Positions 1 through 9,451 of a stretch of DNA of 64,000 nucleotides are shown one piece after another. Position 1 is the stretch's first letter. Every line of letters starts with the position of its first letter. Both the position numbers and the translations under genes were made by a program. The stretch is taken from NCBI GenBank assembly GCA_965197475.1, contig CBDANF010000003.1, positions 1,472,001 to 1,536,000 of the forward strand, read 5' to 3'. The DNA comes from Candidatus Poribacteria bacterium. Its GTDB lineage: Bacteria > Poribacteria > WGA-4E > WGA-3G. A model generated the notes under the pieces. The model was not told the origin of the DNA. It did no database searches and was given only the letters and a program-made list of their open reading frames with translations.

Positions 1-611
1 GGGCAGCTATAACCTTCCATCGTCTCACGCATACTATCCTCCCAAGGTGACTCCCTGATATTCGGACGATACGGATCGGGACCGCCATAGTTAAAATGTG
101 CTTTATGTGATCCGCTTAAGAAAGAGGTGCCACCTTGCCCAGCTCTCACCTCCTCAAGTTCCCATACGACACGAGTAAGTCCAGCGAATATTTTTCCACC
201 TGCGACCTGATACCGCATTGCATTTGCTTGCTGCGGGGGTCGGACAACATGCGGCAGACCGTTATCACCTCGTGACAACCTGCTCCAGCCGGGTTCTCGG
301 ACAGCCGTGAAAGAATTTTCACACCGAAACCCGTAGCAATCCTCAAAGATAAATCGTTCATCGGCAAGAATCTCGTTTAGAATACCTACAATTGCGGGAT
401 GATCAAGTAAGTTCTGGAGTGTTCCGTGATAACTTTGTCTGGCACCCGCATAAACTTCCGCTTTCATCTCTTCGATTTCTGACTCTGACAATACGGACGG
501 TAACAAAATCCAACCGCGAAGATCAAAGAAAAACTTCTGTTCTGGTGTCATCAACTTCTCTTCTGGAGTCAACGGTATTGGTTCATTAGTATTACGTACT
601 TCTTGCGTCAT
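1..611 (-). CDS. Phytanoyl-CoA dioxygenase (PhyH)-family protein, 3' end runs off the window
   Basis: Manual translation from ATG at 611: MTQEVRNTNEPIPLTPEKLMTPEQKFFFDLRGWILLPSVLS...LLDHP...GGTSFLSGSHK, open to position 1. The 'F..GW..LP.VL' start and 'GGT...GSHK' motif are typical of PhyH. Not in the ORF track because it is truncated. Confidence 0.8.
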   Translation of the reverse strand, partial: MTQEVRNTNEPIPLTPEEKLMTPEQKFFFDLRGWILLPSVLSESEIEEMKAEVYAGARQSYHGTLQNLLDHPAIVGILNEILADERFIFEDCYGFRCENSFTAVREPGWSRLSRGDNGLPHVVRPPQQANAMRYQVAGGKIFAGLTRVVWELEEVRAGQGGTSFLSGSHKAHFNYGGPDPYRPNIRESPWEDSMRETMEGYSC

Positions 612-645
612 AATAAAATCCTTTATAGTCAAATTGACCATGATA

Positions 646-2394
646 TTATAATGCCTGTTTCAATCCAGGCAAGAAATAATCCTTAACAACAACTTCCCAA
701 CTCATGTGAGAAGCGATATCGTAACCTTCTTTTATCATATCTTCAACATCGCGCGGTTTCCGTGGTAGACGACCAAGAAGTTTCGCTGCGATGTCACGAC
801 TATTTTCTACCTCAATCTGTGTTCGTTCAGCTAAACCGATGTTAAGCACATCTTGTAATGAAGTCGGAGGCGTATTCAAGTGCGTATAGTCGGCAATGAC
901 AACATTGGAAACCTCTTGATTATCGGTGGCACGTTGAATGAAACCGCAACACCCACACACGTTGCTAACAACACAGATTGCACCGAAACTAAGCGGCTCC
1001 ACTTGTGCGATCCCGAAAGGTTCATAAATTGACTGTCCAAATTCTGCATCACTACCTTTGCGTATGTCCATAAATTCCATATCTATCGGCATACGAGAGC
1101 CGCAAGCAGCTTGATCCCACCCAAACTGATTGACAAAAACAACCTTAATTGCTTTAGATTGGAGATTGAAGGCAGAAACGCCGTTGTTCAACTCAATCTC
1201 CGCACCAACCAGATCCGGATAACCGATCTTGTGATGGACGGGCCAACCGTATTCGCGTTCCATGTCGTGAATAGTTTCGTGGGGTCGTCCGGTTGCAATT
1301 TCTGTAGAGAGGATAAATAGTACAGCAGATTTATCATTGGAGGCGAGTAGAGAATCCAAATGTGTCAGCACTTGCAGGTCGCGCCACAACCCCTTGCTTT
1401 TGACAAGACGCGTAACATGCGTAAACACATAATCAGGACGATAGTCAAGCAGCGTTCTTGCATACTTCTGAAGACGTGCTTTTGATGCTAATTTATCCTC
1501 CAAACTCATCTCAAACGCAGGGATTCCGTTATAGACGAGGTTGATCGGAAACGCCTCAAACGGCTGTGCTAAAAAGCGGAGTTCATCTACAACGAGGTCA
1601 CCCACAGCAAAGATAGTGTCGCAGAGATGTGCTTTGTCTATCAAAGCGTGTTTGAAATACCAGAACGGATCCTCAAACACATCTTGGATTAACATGTCTT
1701 GCGCTTTAGCATGCGCTAAGGCATTGTAAAAACGGACATCGTGTCCTGGATGTCCTTCAACAATAGGTCGAATGGTAGCGACTTCATGGGCGTAAAAAAC
1801 AGTACGCATGTTTGCCATACCGTTGTCGTTTTTCCGTTCGATCTGTGTTTTAAGCGCAAGCGGCATTCCCATAAATTCATGAGAGATAATATAAACTGGT
1901 GTTTCTACCTTATCACCGATAAGGACTTGTAATGCTTGATATGCAGGTTCAGCGAGGCGGACATATTCTTCATATTCCCATTCACTTTCATAACGACTTG
2001 ATTCAATGCCAAAGTGTTCGTATAGTTGCCATTTGAGCTGCCCCGTTAGGTGTTCATTGCTGTTCGAGACATTGACTAAGATTACATCTGTCTGTGTGGT
2101 AACCTTCTGGTCTTTATTTTCAAATCGCCGTTGTCCGTAGATAAGTTCAACATGATAGGTCTTTTCAATTTCGCTGAGTGCTGCTGCGTGCGGTGTCGTT
2201 TTTATACCTTCAGCAGCGTGATACAATACTGAATCCAGAGATCCCAGATCGGCACCAGAAAAAAGAGGTCCGACGAGAAAGGTCCGTTCAATCGCTTCGT
2301 TGTAGCTGCGGGTTGTCAGCAACCCCTCCAAAACTGCACCGATACCGCCCATTTTTTGCATAGCTTCGTGTGTAACGTGCACAACAATACTCAA
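646..2394 (-). CDS. Glycogen/starch synthase-like glycosyltransferase (GT3-like, GT-B fold)
   Basis: 582 aa; N-terminal HEAMQKMGGIGAV (KxGG motif) and C-terminal SIYEPFGIAQVE; divergent from glgP and near glgC; GAGGTG RBS before the TTG start. Confidence 0.7.
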   Translation of the reverse strand: MSIVVHVTHEAMQKMGGIGAVLEGLLTTRSYNEAIERTFLVGPLFSGADLGSLDSVLYHAAEGIKTTPHAAALSEIEKTYHVELIYGQRRFENKDQKVTTQTDVILVNVSNSNEHLTGQLKWQLYEHFGIESSRYESEWEYEEYVRLAEPAYQALQVLIGDKVETPVYIISHEFMGMPLALKTQIERKNDNGMANMRTVFYAHEVATIRPIVEGHPGHDVRFYNALAHAKAQDMLIQDVFEDPFWYFKHALIDKAHLCDTIFAVGDLVVDELRFLAQPFEAFPINLVYNGIPAFEMSLEDKLASKARLQKYARTLLDYRPDYVFTHVTRLVKSKGLWRDLQVLTHLDSLLASNDKSAVLFILSTEIATGRPHETIHDMEREYGWPVHHKIGYPDLVGAEIELNNGVSAFNLQSKAIKVVFVNQFGWDQAACGSRMPIDMEFMDIRKGSDAEFGQSIYEPFGIAQVEPLSFGAICVVSNVCGCCGFIQRATDNQEVSNVVIADYTHLNTPPTSLQDVLNIGLAERTQIEVENSRDIAAKLLGRLPRKPRDVEDMIKEGYDIASHMSWEVVVKDYFLPGLKQAL

Positions 2395-2489
2395 GATTTC
2401 ACCTCGCTAAAGATTAAGGTTAGAACGTCTTAAAATTACCATGTAAAGTAGAATGGTGTCAAGTTGATTTTGAGACATTCGTCCTCACA

Positions 2490-2610
2490 CAAGGCTATTT
2501 AGTTCTCCGAATATTTAGATTTTCAATTTAAGACTTTCCGCTGTAGGAGCGATCTCCGAATCGCGACTTTTCGGATAAAATGGACAAAAAGCCTAAACTA
2601 AATAACCCTG
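2490..2610. mobile_element. MITE with 15-bp imperfect TIRs and a 9-bp target duplication
   Basis: CAAGGCTATTTAGTT ... AACTAAATAACCCTG, flanked by GTCCTCACA at 2481-2489 and 2611-2619. Confidence 0.85.
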
Positions 2611-2628
2611 GTCCTCACACTTTAAATC

Positions 2629-2657
2629 TTGACACATGGCTAAAATGAAAGTATAAT
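2629..2657 (+). promoter_or_regulatory. Sigma70 promoter of the DUF2582-glgP operon
   Basis: TTGACA-17 bp-TATAAT, perfect consensus. Confidence 0.8.
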
Positions 2658-2729
2658 TCATTTAATACACAGCGTGAAATAATCGCTGCAGAATGCTACA
2701 TCTTAAACTATACATTTTCGGAGGGAAAT

Positions 2730-2963
2730 ATGCTTGATGATATTGGAATAATAGCCGGGGAGATTTGGCACTATCTCGAAAAAAATGAGGAAGCCTCTGT
2801 CGGAAAATTGACACAAGAACTCAAACAAACTGATCGGATGATACAGCTCGGACTCGGTTGGTTAGCTCGCGAAGACAAATTAAAAATCGAAAAACGTCAA
2901 AGAGCCACCTATTTCATGTTAAATACGACATCCACTTCTGATAACGAGGAGAATGCCCCGTAA
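2730..2963 (+). CDS. Small winged-helix protein (DUF2582-like)
   Basis: 77 aa; IGIIAGEIWHYL...LGLGWLAREDK signature; GGAGG RBS. Confidence 0.8.
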   Translation: MLDDIGIIAGEIWHYLEKNEEASVGKLTQELKQTDRMIQLGLGWLAREDKLKIEKRQRATYFMLNTTSTSDNEENAP

Positions 2964-4222
2964 TGAAGCCAATTCGCCAATTATCAGTTGTGCCAACACT
3001 CCCAGAAAATCTTGAACCGCTTCGGGAATTGGCGATGAACTTGTGGTGGACTTGGGATAATGAGGCACTCAGCCTATTTCGCCACCTCGATTCAGAACTA
3101 TGGGAAGAAAGTTATCACAATCCAGTCGCGATGCTGGGAAAAATTTCACAGGAACAGTTGCATGCTGCTGCGAAAAATGAGGTCTTTTTAGCTCATCTTG
3201 ATGTAATACCCAATTAACACGAATTGTAGCGCGAGGTCCCCGTGCCTCACACTGCTGACCTTATCAAAAAACTAATAATCAAGTTAATTTGGTATAATAC
3301 ACAAAAAGTTTAAGACATACCTTTCTGCGCCTTCCTTGTTTGAGAACTATTCATAGAGAATTACGACATCTGTGTTGGGCGTTACCTTGTTGAAGGTGTT
3401 GATGTTTGGCTCAATACGCCACTGCCACTGAATGAAGCAAGCGGTACGAGTGGAATGAAAGCGGCAGCAAACGGCGCACTTAACCTCAGTATGGCTGATG
3501 GATGGTGGGAAGAAGCTGAACACCTTGGTGGTGGCTGGACGATTGAGGCTACACCTGAAGCGGATGACGCAAAATCTATTGATAAAGCCCATGCCAATGC
3601 GATCTATGATCTTCTTGAGAAAGAGGTCGTTCCCTTGTTTTATGATCGTCATCTTGTTGACGATATTCCCTACGGTTGGGTCGTAAGAATGAAGACAGCT
3701 ATGCAGAACTTGGCTCCGGTGTTTAACACAAAACGTATGGTCGCTGAATATGCAGAACGTCTCTATTTTCCTGCACATCAAAGATGGGTGAAGCTCAATC
3801 AGGATGGGGCATGTCGCAGCATCGCACTTGCCAATTGGAAAGCAAACATCCGTAAGCATTGGGGAAATTTGCGAATTGAGGAACGTCTTCCGAAAGCAGA
3901 AAAGGAATTAGCACAAAAAAGTGTCTCGGCACTATCTGTCGGAGAATCGGTTTCAATCCAGGCAGTTGTCCATACGGATGCGTTGTTTCCTAATGAGCTT
4001 GCTGTTCAAATTTATCACGGCGTTTTGGATTCAACTGGAGAAATTCAGAACGGTAGCATAACACAGATGGCGTATAAGGAAGACCTTGGGGGTAGAAAAT
4101 TTCTATTTGAAGGTGATCTTGTCCTAAATCAAACAGGTTTGCACGGCTACACGTTGCGTGTTTTACCTTCACATGAAGATTTACAATCTTTCTATGATCT
4201 TGCACTATTGACTTGGGCATAA
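2963..4222 (+). pseudogene. glgP: Alpha-glucan (glycogen) phosphorylase, interrupted by a MITE with a large internal deletion
   Basis: N-terminal fragment 2963-3206 (LRELAMNLWWTW...HNPV). C-terminal fragment from ~3347 reads FIENYD...GVDVWLNTP...EASGTSGMK (PLP lysine motif). Only ~370 codons remain of a normally ~850-aa enzyme. Confidence 0.85.
3207..3294. mobile_element. MITE family A (TIR TACCMAATTAAC, 3-bp TWA target duplication), copy 1
   Basis: TAA|TACCCAATTAAC...GTTAATTTGGTA|TAA. Confidence 0.85.
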
Positions 4223-4280
4223 TAGACAGCAAAACCGACTCGGATTTGACGTCCTCCTCTTGAGAAAACCCGTTTTTCCG

Positions 4281-4309
4281 TTGCGTAACCCGATTTTTGT
4301 GCGTATAAT
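4281..4309 (+). promoter_or_regulatory. Putative sigma70 promoter for hisB-glgC
   Basis: TTGCGT-17 bp-TATAAT. Confidence 0.55.
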
Positions 4310-4336
4310 TGAGTAGACTTGTAGTGTGTCAAGTTA

Positions 4337-4428
4337 TACCCAATTAACCCGATTTGTAGCGCGAGGTCTCTGGGTCCTCCTCACACTGCTGACTTTATCG
4401 GAAAACTTCAAATCGCGTTAATTTGGTA
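4337..4428. mobile_element. MITE family A, copy 2
   Basis: TTA|TACCCAATTAAC...GTTAATTTGGTA|TTA; interior similar to copy 1 (TGTAGCGCGAGGTC...CCTCACACTGCTGAC). Confidence 0.85.
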
Positions 4429-4497
4429 TTATACATAACAAGATTAGCACTTAATTTAAAGACATCTATAAGGGATATACCTTAACTTAGAATTAAT

Positions 4498-5085
4498 ATG
4501 GAAAGAAAAGCAGATATTTCTCGCGAAACCAGGGAAACCCAAATCCGCCTCAATCTCAACCTTGATGGAAATGGAACATCTAATATCAACACTGGCGTTG
4601 GATTTTTGGATCACATGTTGGAACTCTTTGCTAAACACGGGTTCTTTGATCTTGAAATCGAAGCAAAAGGCGATTTACATGTAGATGCCCATCATACTAC
4701 AGAAGATGTCGGCATCTGCCTGGGGCAAGCCTTTCAAAAGGCAGTAGGTGACAAAGCTGGAATGGTACGTTTCGGCAGTTTTACTGTTCCCATGTATGAA
4801 TCTCTTGCAAAGGTTGATTTGGATATCTGTGGACGCCCTTATCTCCATTACAAAACACCGCTTGAGTCGGGTAAAGTTGGTGAATTTGACATAGAATTGA
4901 CAGAAGAATTTTTCCATGGATTTGTTAACCATAGCGGCACAACATTACACATTAACGTTCCGTATGGAACAAATCAACATCACATAATTGAAGCGACATT
5001 TAAAGCAGTTGCAAAAGCCTTGGATATTGCAACGCGTATTGATACACGTATCACTGGCGTGCTTTCTACTAAAGGTAGTTTATAG
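4498..5085 (+). CDS. hisB: Imidazoleglycerol-phosphate dehydratase
   Basis: RETRETQI, GFLDHML, DAHHTTEDVG, NQHHIIEA, STKGSL motifs. Confidence 0.97.
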   Translation: MERKADISRETRETQIRLNLNLDGNGTSNINTGVGFLDHMLELFAKHGFFDLEIEAKGDLHVDAHHTTEDVGICLGQAFQKAVGDKAGMVRFGSFTVPMYESLAKVDLDICGRPYLHYKTPLESGKVGEFDIELTEEFFHGFVNHSGTTLHINVPYGTNQHHIIEATFKAVAKALDIATRIDTRITGVLSTKGSL

Positions 5086-5116
5086 GAAACCGAATTAGAA
5101 AACGCAGGTGAACTAT

Positions 5117-6409
5117 ATGAGTACAGGAAACGTTATTGCTGTAATACTGGGAGGTGGTCGTGGCACACGTCTGTTTCCATTGACACGCGACCGTGCCAAA
5201 CCGAGTGTGCCAATTGCTGGTAAGTTTAGACTGGTTGACATTCCAATTAGTAATTGCCTTCATTCAGGATTGGACCGCATTTATGTTTTAACTCAATTTA
5301 ACTCAGTCTCTTTAAACAGACACATTGCACAAGCTTACCGTTTTGATAGTTACCGCCGCGGGTTTGTGCAAATTTTGGCTGCACAACAAACCTTGTTGGG
5401 TGACGCATGGTATCAGGGAACGGCAGATGCTGTTAAACACAATCAGCCCTATATCCTGAATCCTCGGTTTCCAGATGAATACGTTCTGATTCTTGCAGGT
5501 GACCATCTCTATCGCATGGATTATCGGAAAATGCTCGCTGTTCATACTGAATCCAATGCGGACATTACCGTATCTGTAATTCCTGTAAAGAAAGAGGTTA
5601 CCAGTGGACTCGGTATTCTCCAAGCAGATGCTAATGGACGTATCACCGATTTTGTCGAAAAACCGCAAACAGAGGAGGAACTGCAGCAGTTACGTGTTGA
5701 ACCTGATGTTTTTACCTCGCGTGGAATCAAATCCCATGGTAGAGAATACATTGCCTCAATGGGGATCTATATCTTCAACCGCAATGTGCTACAGGATGTG
5801 CTTCAAGATGAATCAAACGTGGACTTTGGTAGAGATATTATTCCTAAAAGCATTAAGACGCGCACGGTTTCTGCCTACTTTTTTGATGGGTATTGGGAAG
5901 ATATAGGTACTATCCGCTCCTTTTATTCTGCCAACATTGCGCTCACCGATGTATCTCCTGAATTCAATTTTTATGATGAGCAAGCACCTATCTACACCAA
6001 CCGGCGGCATTTGCCCAGCACTAAAGTAAACAGCAGTAGTGTCCGATCCTCTATTCTCGCCGAAGGCTCTATCATTGATGATTCAGAACTTGACAGAACG
6101 ATTGTCGGTATCCGGAGTATCATCTCCAACGGAAGTCGAATATATCAGTCTGTGCTAATGGGGGCAGATTTTTATGAATCTGACACACTACAAACAGAGA
6201 ACAGACAATCAGGAATTCCGAACATAGGTATAGGCGAGAAATGTCTGATTCAAAATGCAATTATTGACAAAAATGCGCGAATCGGTGATAATGCTGTCAT
6301 CGCAAATACAAAAAATCTTGACAATCATGATTCGGATAACTATTATATACGAGATGGAATTGTAATTGTACCTAAAGACGCAACAATTCCGCCAGATACG
6401 GTTATCTAA
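5117..6409 (+). CDS. glgC: Glucose-1-phosphate adenylyltransferase
   Basis: ILGGGRGTRLFPLT, RAKPSVP, WYQGTADAV, FVEKP, YWEDIGT motifs and C-terminal hexapeptide region. Confidence 0.97.
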   Translation: MSTGNVIAVILGGGRGTRLFPLTRDRAKPSVPIAGKFRLVDIPISNCLHSGLDRIYVLTQFNSVSLNRHIAQAYRFDSYRRGFVQILAAQQTLLGDAWYQGTADAVKHNQPYILNPRFPDEYVLILAGDHLYRMDYRKMLAVHTESNADITVSVIPVKKEVTSGLGILQADANGRITDFVEKPQTEEELQQLRVEPDVFTSRGIKSHGREYIASMGIYIFNRNVLQDVLQDESNVDFGRDIIPKSIKTRTVSAYFFDGYWEDIGTIRSFYSANIALTDVSPEFNFYDEQAPIYTNRRHLPSTKVNSSSVRSSILAEGSIIDDSELDRTIVGIRSIISNGSRIYQSVLMGADFYESDTLQTENRQSGIPNIGIGEKCLIQNAIIDKNARIGDNAVIANTKNLDNHDSDNYYIRDGIVIVPKDATIPPDTVI

Positions 6410-6510
6410 AATCTGACGTTTACCACGGGCGGAATGTAAACTCCATCTGCCATGGAAATCTAAGAAAATGTGTGCTTAGTAAATACATACATGGAAGGCA
6501 TACCCTTGAT

Positions 6511-6788
6511 ATGGCTGAATTAAGACAGCAACTTCTGGTCTTACATCTACACACACCAGACCTCAACAGCCACGTCGTTGCATGGGCAATGTACGATGGC
6601 ACAGGCAATATACGCCATACAACTGGTGATAGCGATGCTCCGCCGTACAACTCAGTTGTAGAAGCAATGTGCGACGGTTGGCGGGTTATACAGTTCCCAC
6701 AACAATTCCTGCTTTTCCCGGCATGGAGTATCACACTTTATATCTAAGATTTGAATATATCTTGGAGAAATTGGAGGAAATCTCATGA
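6511..6788 (+). pseudogene. Small hypothetical protein upstream of PhyH, apparent 1-bp frameshift near 6707
   Basis: After QFPQQF the -1 frame reads PAFPGMEYHTLYLRFEYILEKLEEIS* and ends in ATGA overlapping the next start codon. Confidence 0.6.
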
Positions 6789-7603
6789 TTGACAAACAGT
6801 ATCTCCTTACCACAGAACAAGTGGCGAATTTCGTAGCCGATGGTTACCTTCGCTTTGATGATTTTATCCCCGATGAATTAAATAAAGCCGCTCATGAAGA
6901 GATGGCATCAGGTGTACCAGTTCGTGGCGGTGGCGGCACCGTATTAGACGATGTCTGGCACGATGATTCCGCTGTTGGAAAAGTCTTTCGACTCCCTCAG
7001 GTGCAAGGCATTATCAATAGCCTCGTTGGTGAGGCACCGTTGTTTGACCATCATGCTACTCACATTGTCCGACCACAGAGTGAACACGGACAGATTTGGC
7101 ACGCGGATGCTATCATTGACCTGCGAATGCACTTTGACATTCAGTTCTTCTATTTTTCACACGACACACCGCGCGAAATGGGTGGCACAATGATTTTACC
7201 GGGGAGCCACTTCCGCCGTGTTTGTGAAACCGACATCGCGCGTTACCAAAACTTCCTCGGGCAACATCCTATAGTATGCAACGCAGGAACGCTCGTTGTT
7301 GTACACCATGGAATGTGGCACTGTGCACAACCGAATCTAACTGACGAAACACGTTACATGTATAAACTACGTCTCAACCCGACTGTCCATCAATGCCAAC
7401 TTTGGAACACGGATGAGATTAATACTCCTGGTATACGCGGCATTCTGAGTCGGAATCATAGATGGTATGGTAACGATGTTCGACTTGAAGTTGTCAACCG
7501 AATAAAGTTTTGGCGTTTTCTCATCGGTGATGAGTCTTATGATGTTGGTTATTGGTTATCTCGACTTGAAAATATGCCAGAGAATGTTCCGAACGTCGCC
7601 TAA
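6785..7603 (+). CDS. Phytanoyl-CoA dioxygenase (PhyH)-family protein
   Basis: LTTEQVANFVADGYL, WHAD (HxD), GGTMILPGSH, distal MWH. Confidence 0.85.
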   Translation: MIDKQYLLTTEQVANFVADGYLRFDDFIPDELNKAAHEEMASGVPVRGGGGTVLDDVWHDDSAVGKVFRLPQVQGIINSLVGEAPLFDHHATHIVRPQSEHGQIWHADAIIDLRMHFDIQFFYFSHDTPREMGGTMILPGSHFRRVCETDIARYQNFLGQHPIVCNAGTLVVVHHGMWHCAQPNLTDETRYMYKLRLNPTVHQCQLWNTDEINTPGIRGILSRNHRWYGNDVRLEVVNRIKFWRFLIGDESYDVGYWLSRLENMPENVPNVA

Positions 7604-7645
7604 CTCCGTGATGCGTAGACGTGTTATACAACCCTATAGTACAAC

Positions 7646-7690
7646 AAAGCCCCACAAGGACCTTCATAAGTCTCTCGTGGGGTTCGTTTT
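7646..7690. terminator. Probable terminator hairpin between convergent genes
   Basis: AAAGCCCCAC...GTGGGGTTCGTTTT. Confidence 0.55.
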
Positions 7691-7724
7691 GTAATAGCTG
7701 TGAAATTACGTTGGCAAATCTAAA

Positions 7725-8513
7725 CTAACGGTCTCTTCCACGACGTCCTCTGGAACGACCGCGCTCACGAAATTCGCGTATCATCTGCTCACGATCCTCT
7801 CGAGAGGCATTCTCAAATCTTCTCCGCATCTCCTGCGCTTTTTCCATCGCTTGCGCCCTCGCTTTTTCAGCGGCTGCTTTTGCTTTAGCAGCATCTTTAT
7901 CAGCCGAAGCACTGGATCCCTTTTTGTTACCACTACTTTCGTTCTGAGCAGTCATATTTCCTCTAGGCGAACTTCCTCCGCTGCGCGAACCACTAGATTG
8001 AAACTGCATATTTCCGCCTCGGAGCGTAATGGTTTTACCATTTTTGTCCAAAATTATTTCTTTCTCTTTAATGCCCTTCACCACAGCATCACCGACTTTA
8101 TCCCCGATCTGAGCAAGATAAAATTTATTTGAACGTCGTTCAAGCACATACGCCTCTGTCATAGCTCCGTTCGGGTCTATTCGTGTACCGATGAAAGTAT
8201 ATTCCGGCTCTTTGTTCGGCGGTCTCCAACCGAGGGGTCGGAAAAGATTATTACCAACAATCACACTGTAAAAATCTGAACCGTCATTAGACTTTGCACT
8301 TTCAGAACGTCCCTGCACATCCCTATTGGAACCAGGTTGACGGTTACGAAACTGCTCCATCTTAGATGCCGATTGTGCATTCATTTCGTTTACTTTCGTA
8401 GCAATGCCGTCCTTTTTAGGCCAATTCTGAGCTTGGAGTCGTACCCCAAATATAAGTAGTAACCCTACTACACAACCGATTCCTAAAAATATCAGTATTT
8501 TTGAATATTTCAC
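7725..8513 (-). CDS. Membrane-anchored protein with a GspC/PilP-like domain and charged low-complexity tail
   Basis: N-terminal TM helix; NLFRPL...YTFIGT...IGDKVGDAVVKGIKEKEIIL.NGKTITL resembles the T2SS GspC homology region. Confidence 0.5.
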   Translation of the reverse strand: MKYSKILIFLGIGCVVGLLLIFGVRLQAQNWPKKDGIATKVNEMNAQSASKMEQFRNRQPGSNRDVQGRSESAKSNDGSDFYSVIVGNNLFRPLGWRPPNKEPEYTFIGTRIDPNGAMTEAYVLERRSNKFYLAQIGDKVGDAVVKGIKEKEIILDKNGKTITLRGGNMQFQSSGSRSGGSSPRGNMTAQNESSGNKKGSSASADKDAAKAKAAAEKARAQAMEKAQEMRRRFENASREDREQMIREFRERGRSRGRRGRDR

Positions 8514-8825
8514 TATACTCTCCTTATTTTCAGTACAAGCGAACTGCTAAAAACATGCTAAGGCGTTTTCATTTAAGTTTGACTATTTTAAACGGAAAAA
8601 GTTCATTTTTTTTACTCATTTGCGTGCAATGTATTCACTATCAATAATTTTACCATAGTTTTTACCTGGTGTCAAGTTAATGTTTTATTCGGTGTGTAAT
8701 AGTTTTCAATCCAAGTTTTTGATAAAATACTAACACCCATTTTCAAAAGGTATTGACTTTCAGAAAAAATTCGGGTACACTTAATGATAACCGTATTAAA
8801 TTGAACTGAAAGGAATTAACTTCCT

Positions 8826-9365
8826 ATGAAACATTTTAGCACAACTCCGAAATGGTTTGTCATCGGGGTATGTTGTATTTTTATCCTTAGCTTGATGATA
8901 TTACCCGCACATGCAGCAAGACGTTCGCATGGTCTTGCTATTACCTTGTTTGTATCTGGAATGGGTATGCAAGTCGGTAGTACACTGCTGGATACTTCTG
9001 CTCAAAATCAGTATGAAGATTATCTTTCTACCACAATCCAAGCAGATATTCAAAGTCAAAAAAGCACTGTTGTTGCAAGAAATAGTGCAAGCGTTGTCAT
9101 GTCTCGTGTCGGGTTTGGATGCATAGGACTTGCTGTAATTCTATCCATTCGTAACCAATTATTGGACACCACCGCAACCCCGGAGGCTCCAGTAGCACAA
9201 ACCCACGGCAACCCGAACCTCAACACACGATACGCAACAATTTTAACGTCCTCACATATATCATTGAGGTCTCAGATTTTAGGTGAATCGCAGATGTTCA
9301 GCTTTCGTCCACACTACGACTTCCAAAATCAGCGAGCCAGTCTACAATTCTTACACCGTTTCTAA
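8826..9365 (+). CDS. Hypothetical exported/membrane protein
   Basis: 179 aa; signal peptide ending AHA, hydrophobic segments, C-terminal Phe. Confidence 0.65.
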   Translation: MKHFSTTPKWFVIGVCCIFILSLMILPAHAARRSHGLAITLFVSGMGMQVGSTLLDTSAQNQYEDYLSTTIQADIQSQKSTVVARNSASVVMSRVGFGCIGLAVILSIRNQLLDTTATPEAPVAQTHGNPNLNTRYATILTSSHISLRSQILGESQMFSFRPHYDFQNQRASLQFLHRF

Positions 9366-9451
9366 TGCTTCTATCTCATCACAGTCGGCGTGTCTGAATA
9401 CGCCATATTCAAATATGAGTAAAACAATCAATTTGTGGAGGAGAAAATTAG

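Noticed and set aside
146-589. ORFs 146-367 (-) and 392-589 (+)
   Set aside because: Shadow frames of the real PhyH gene 611..<1
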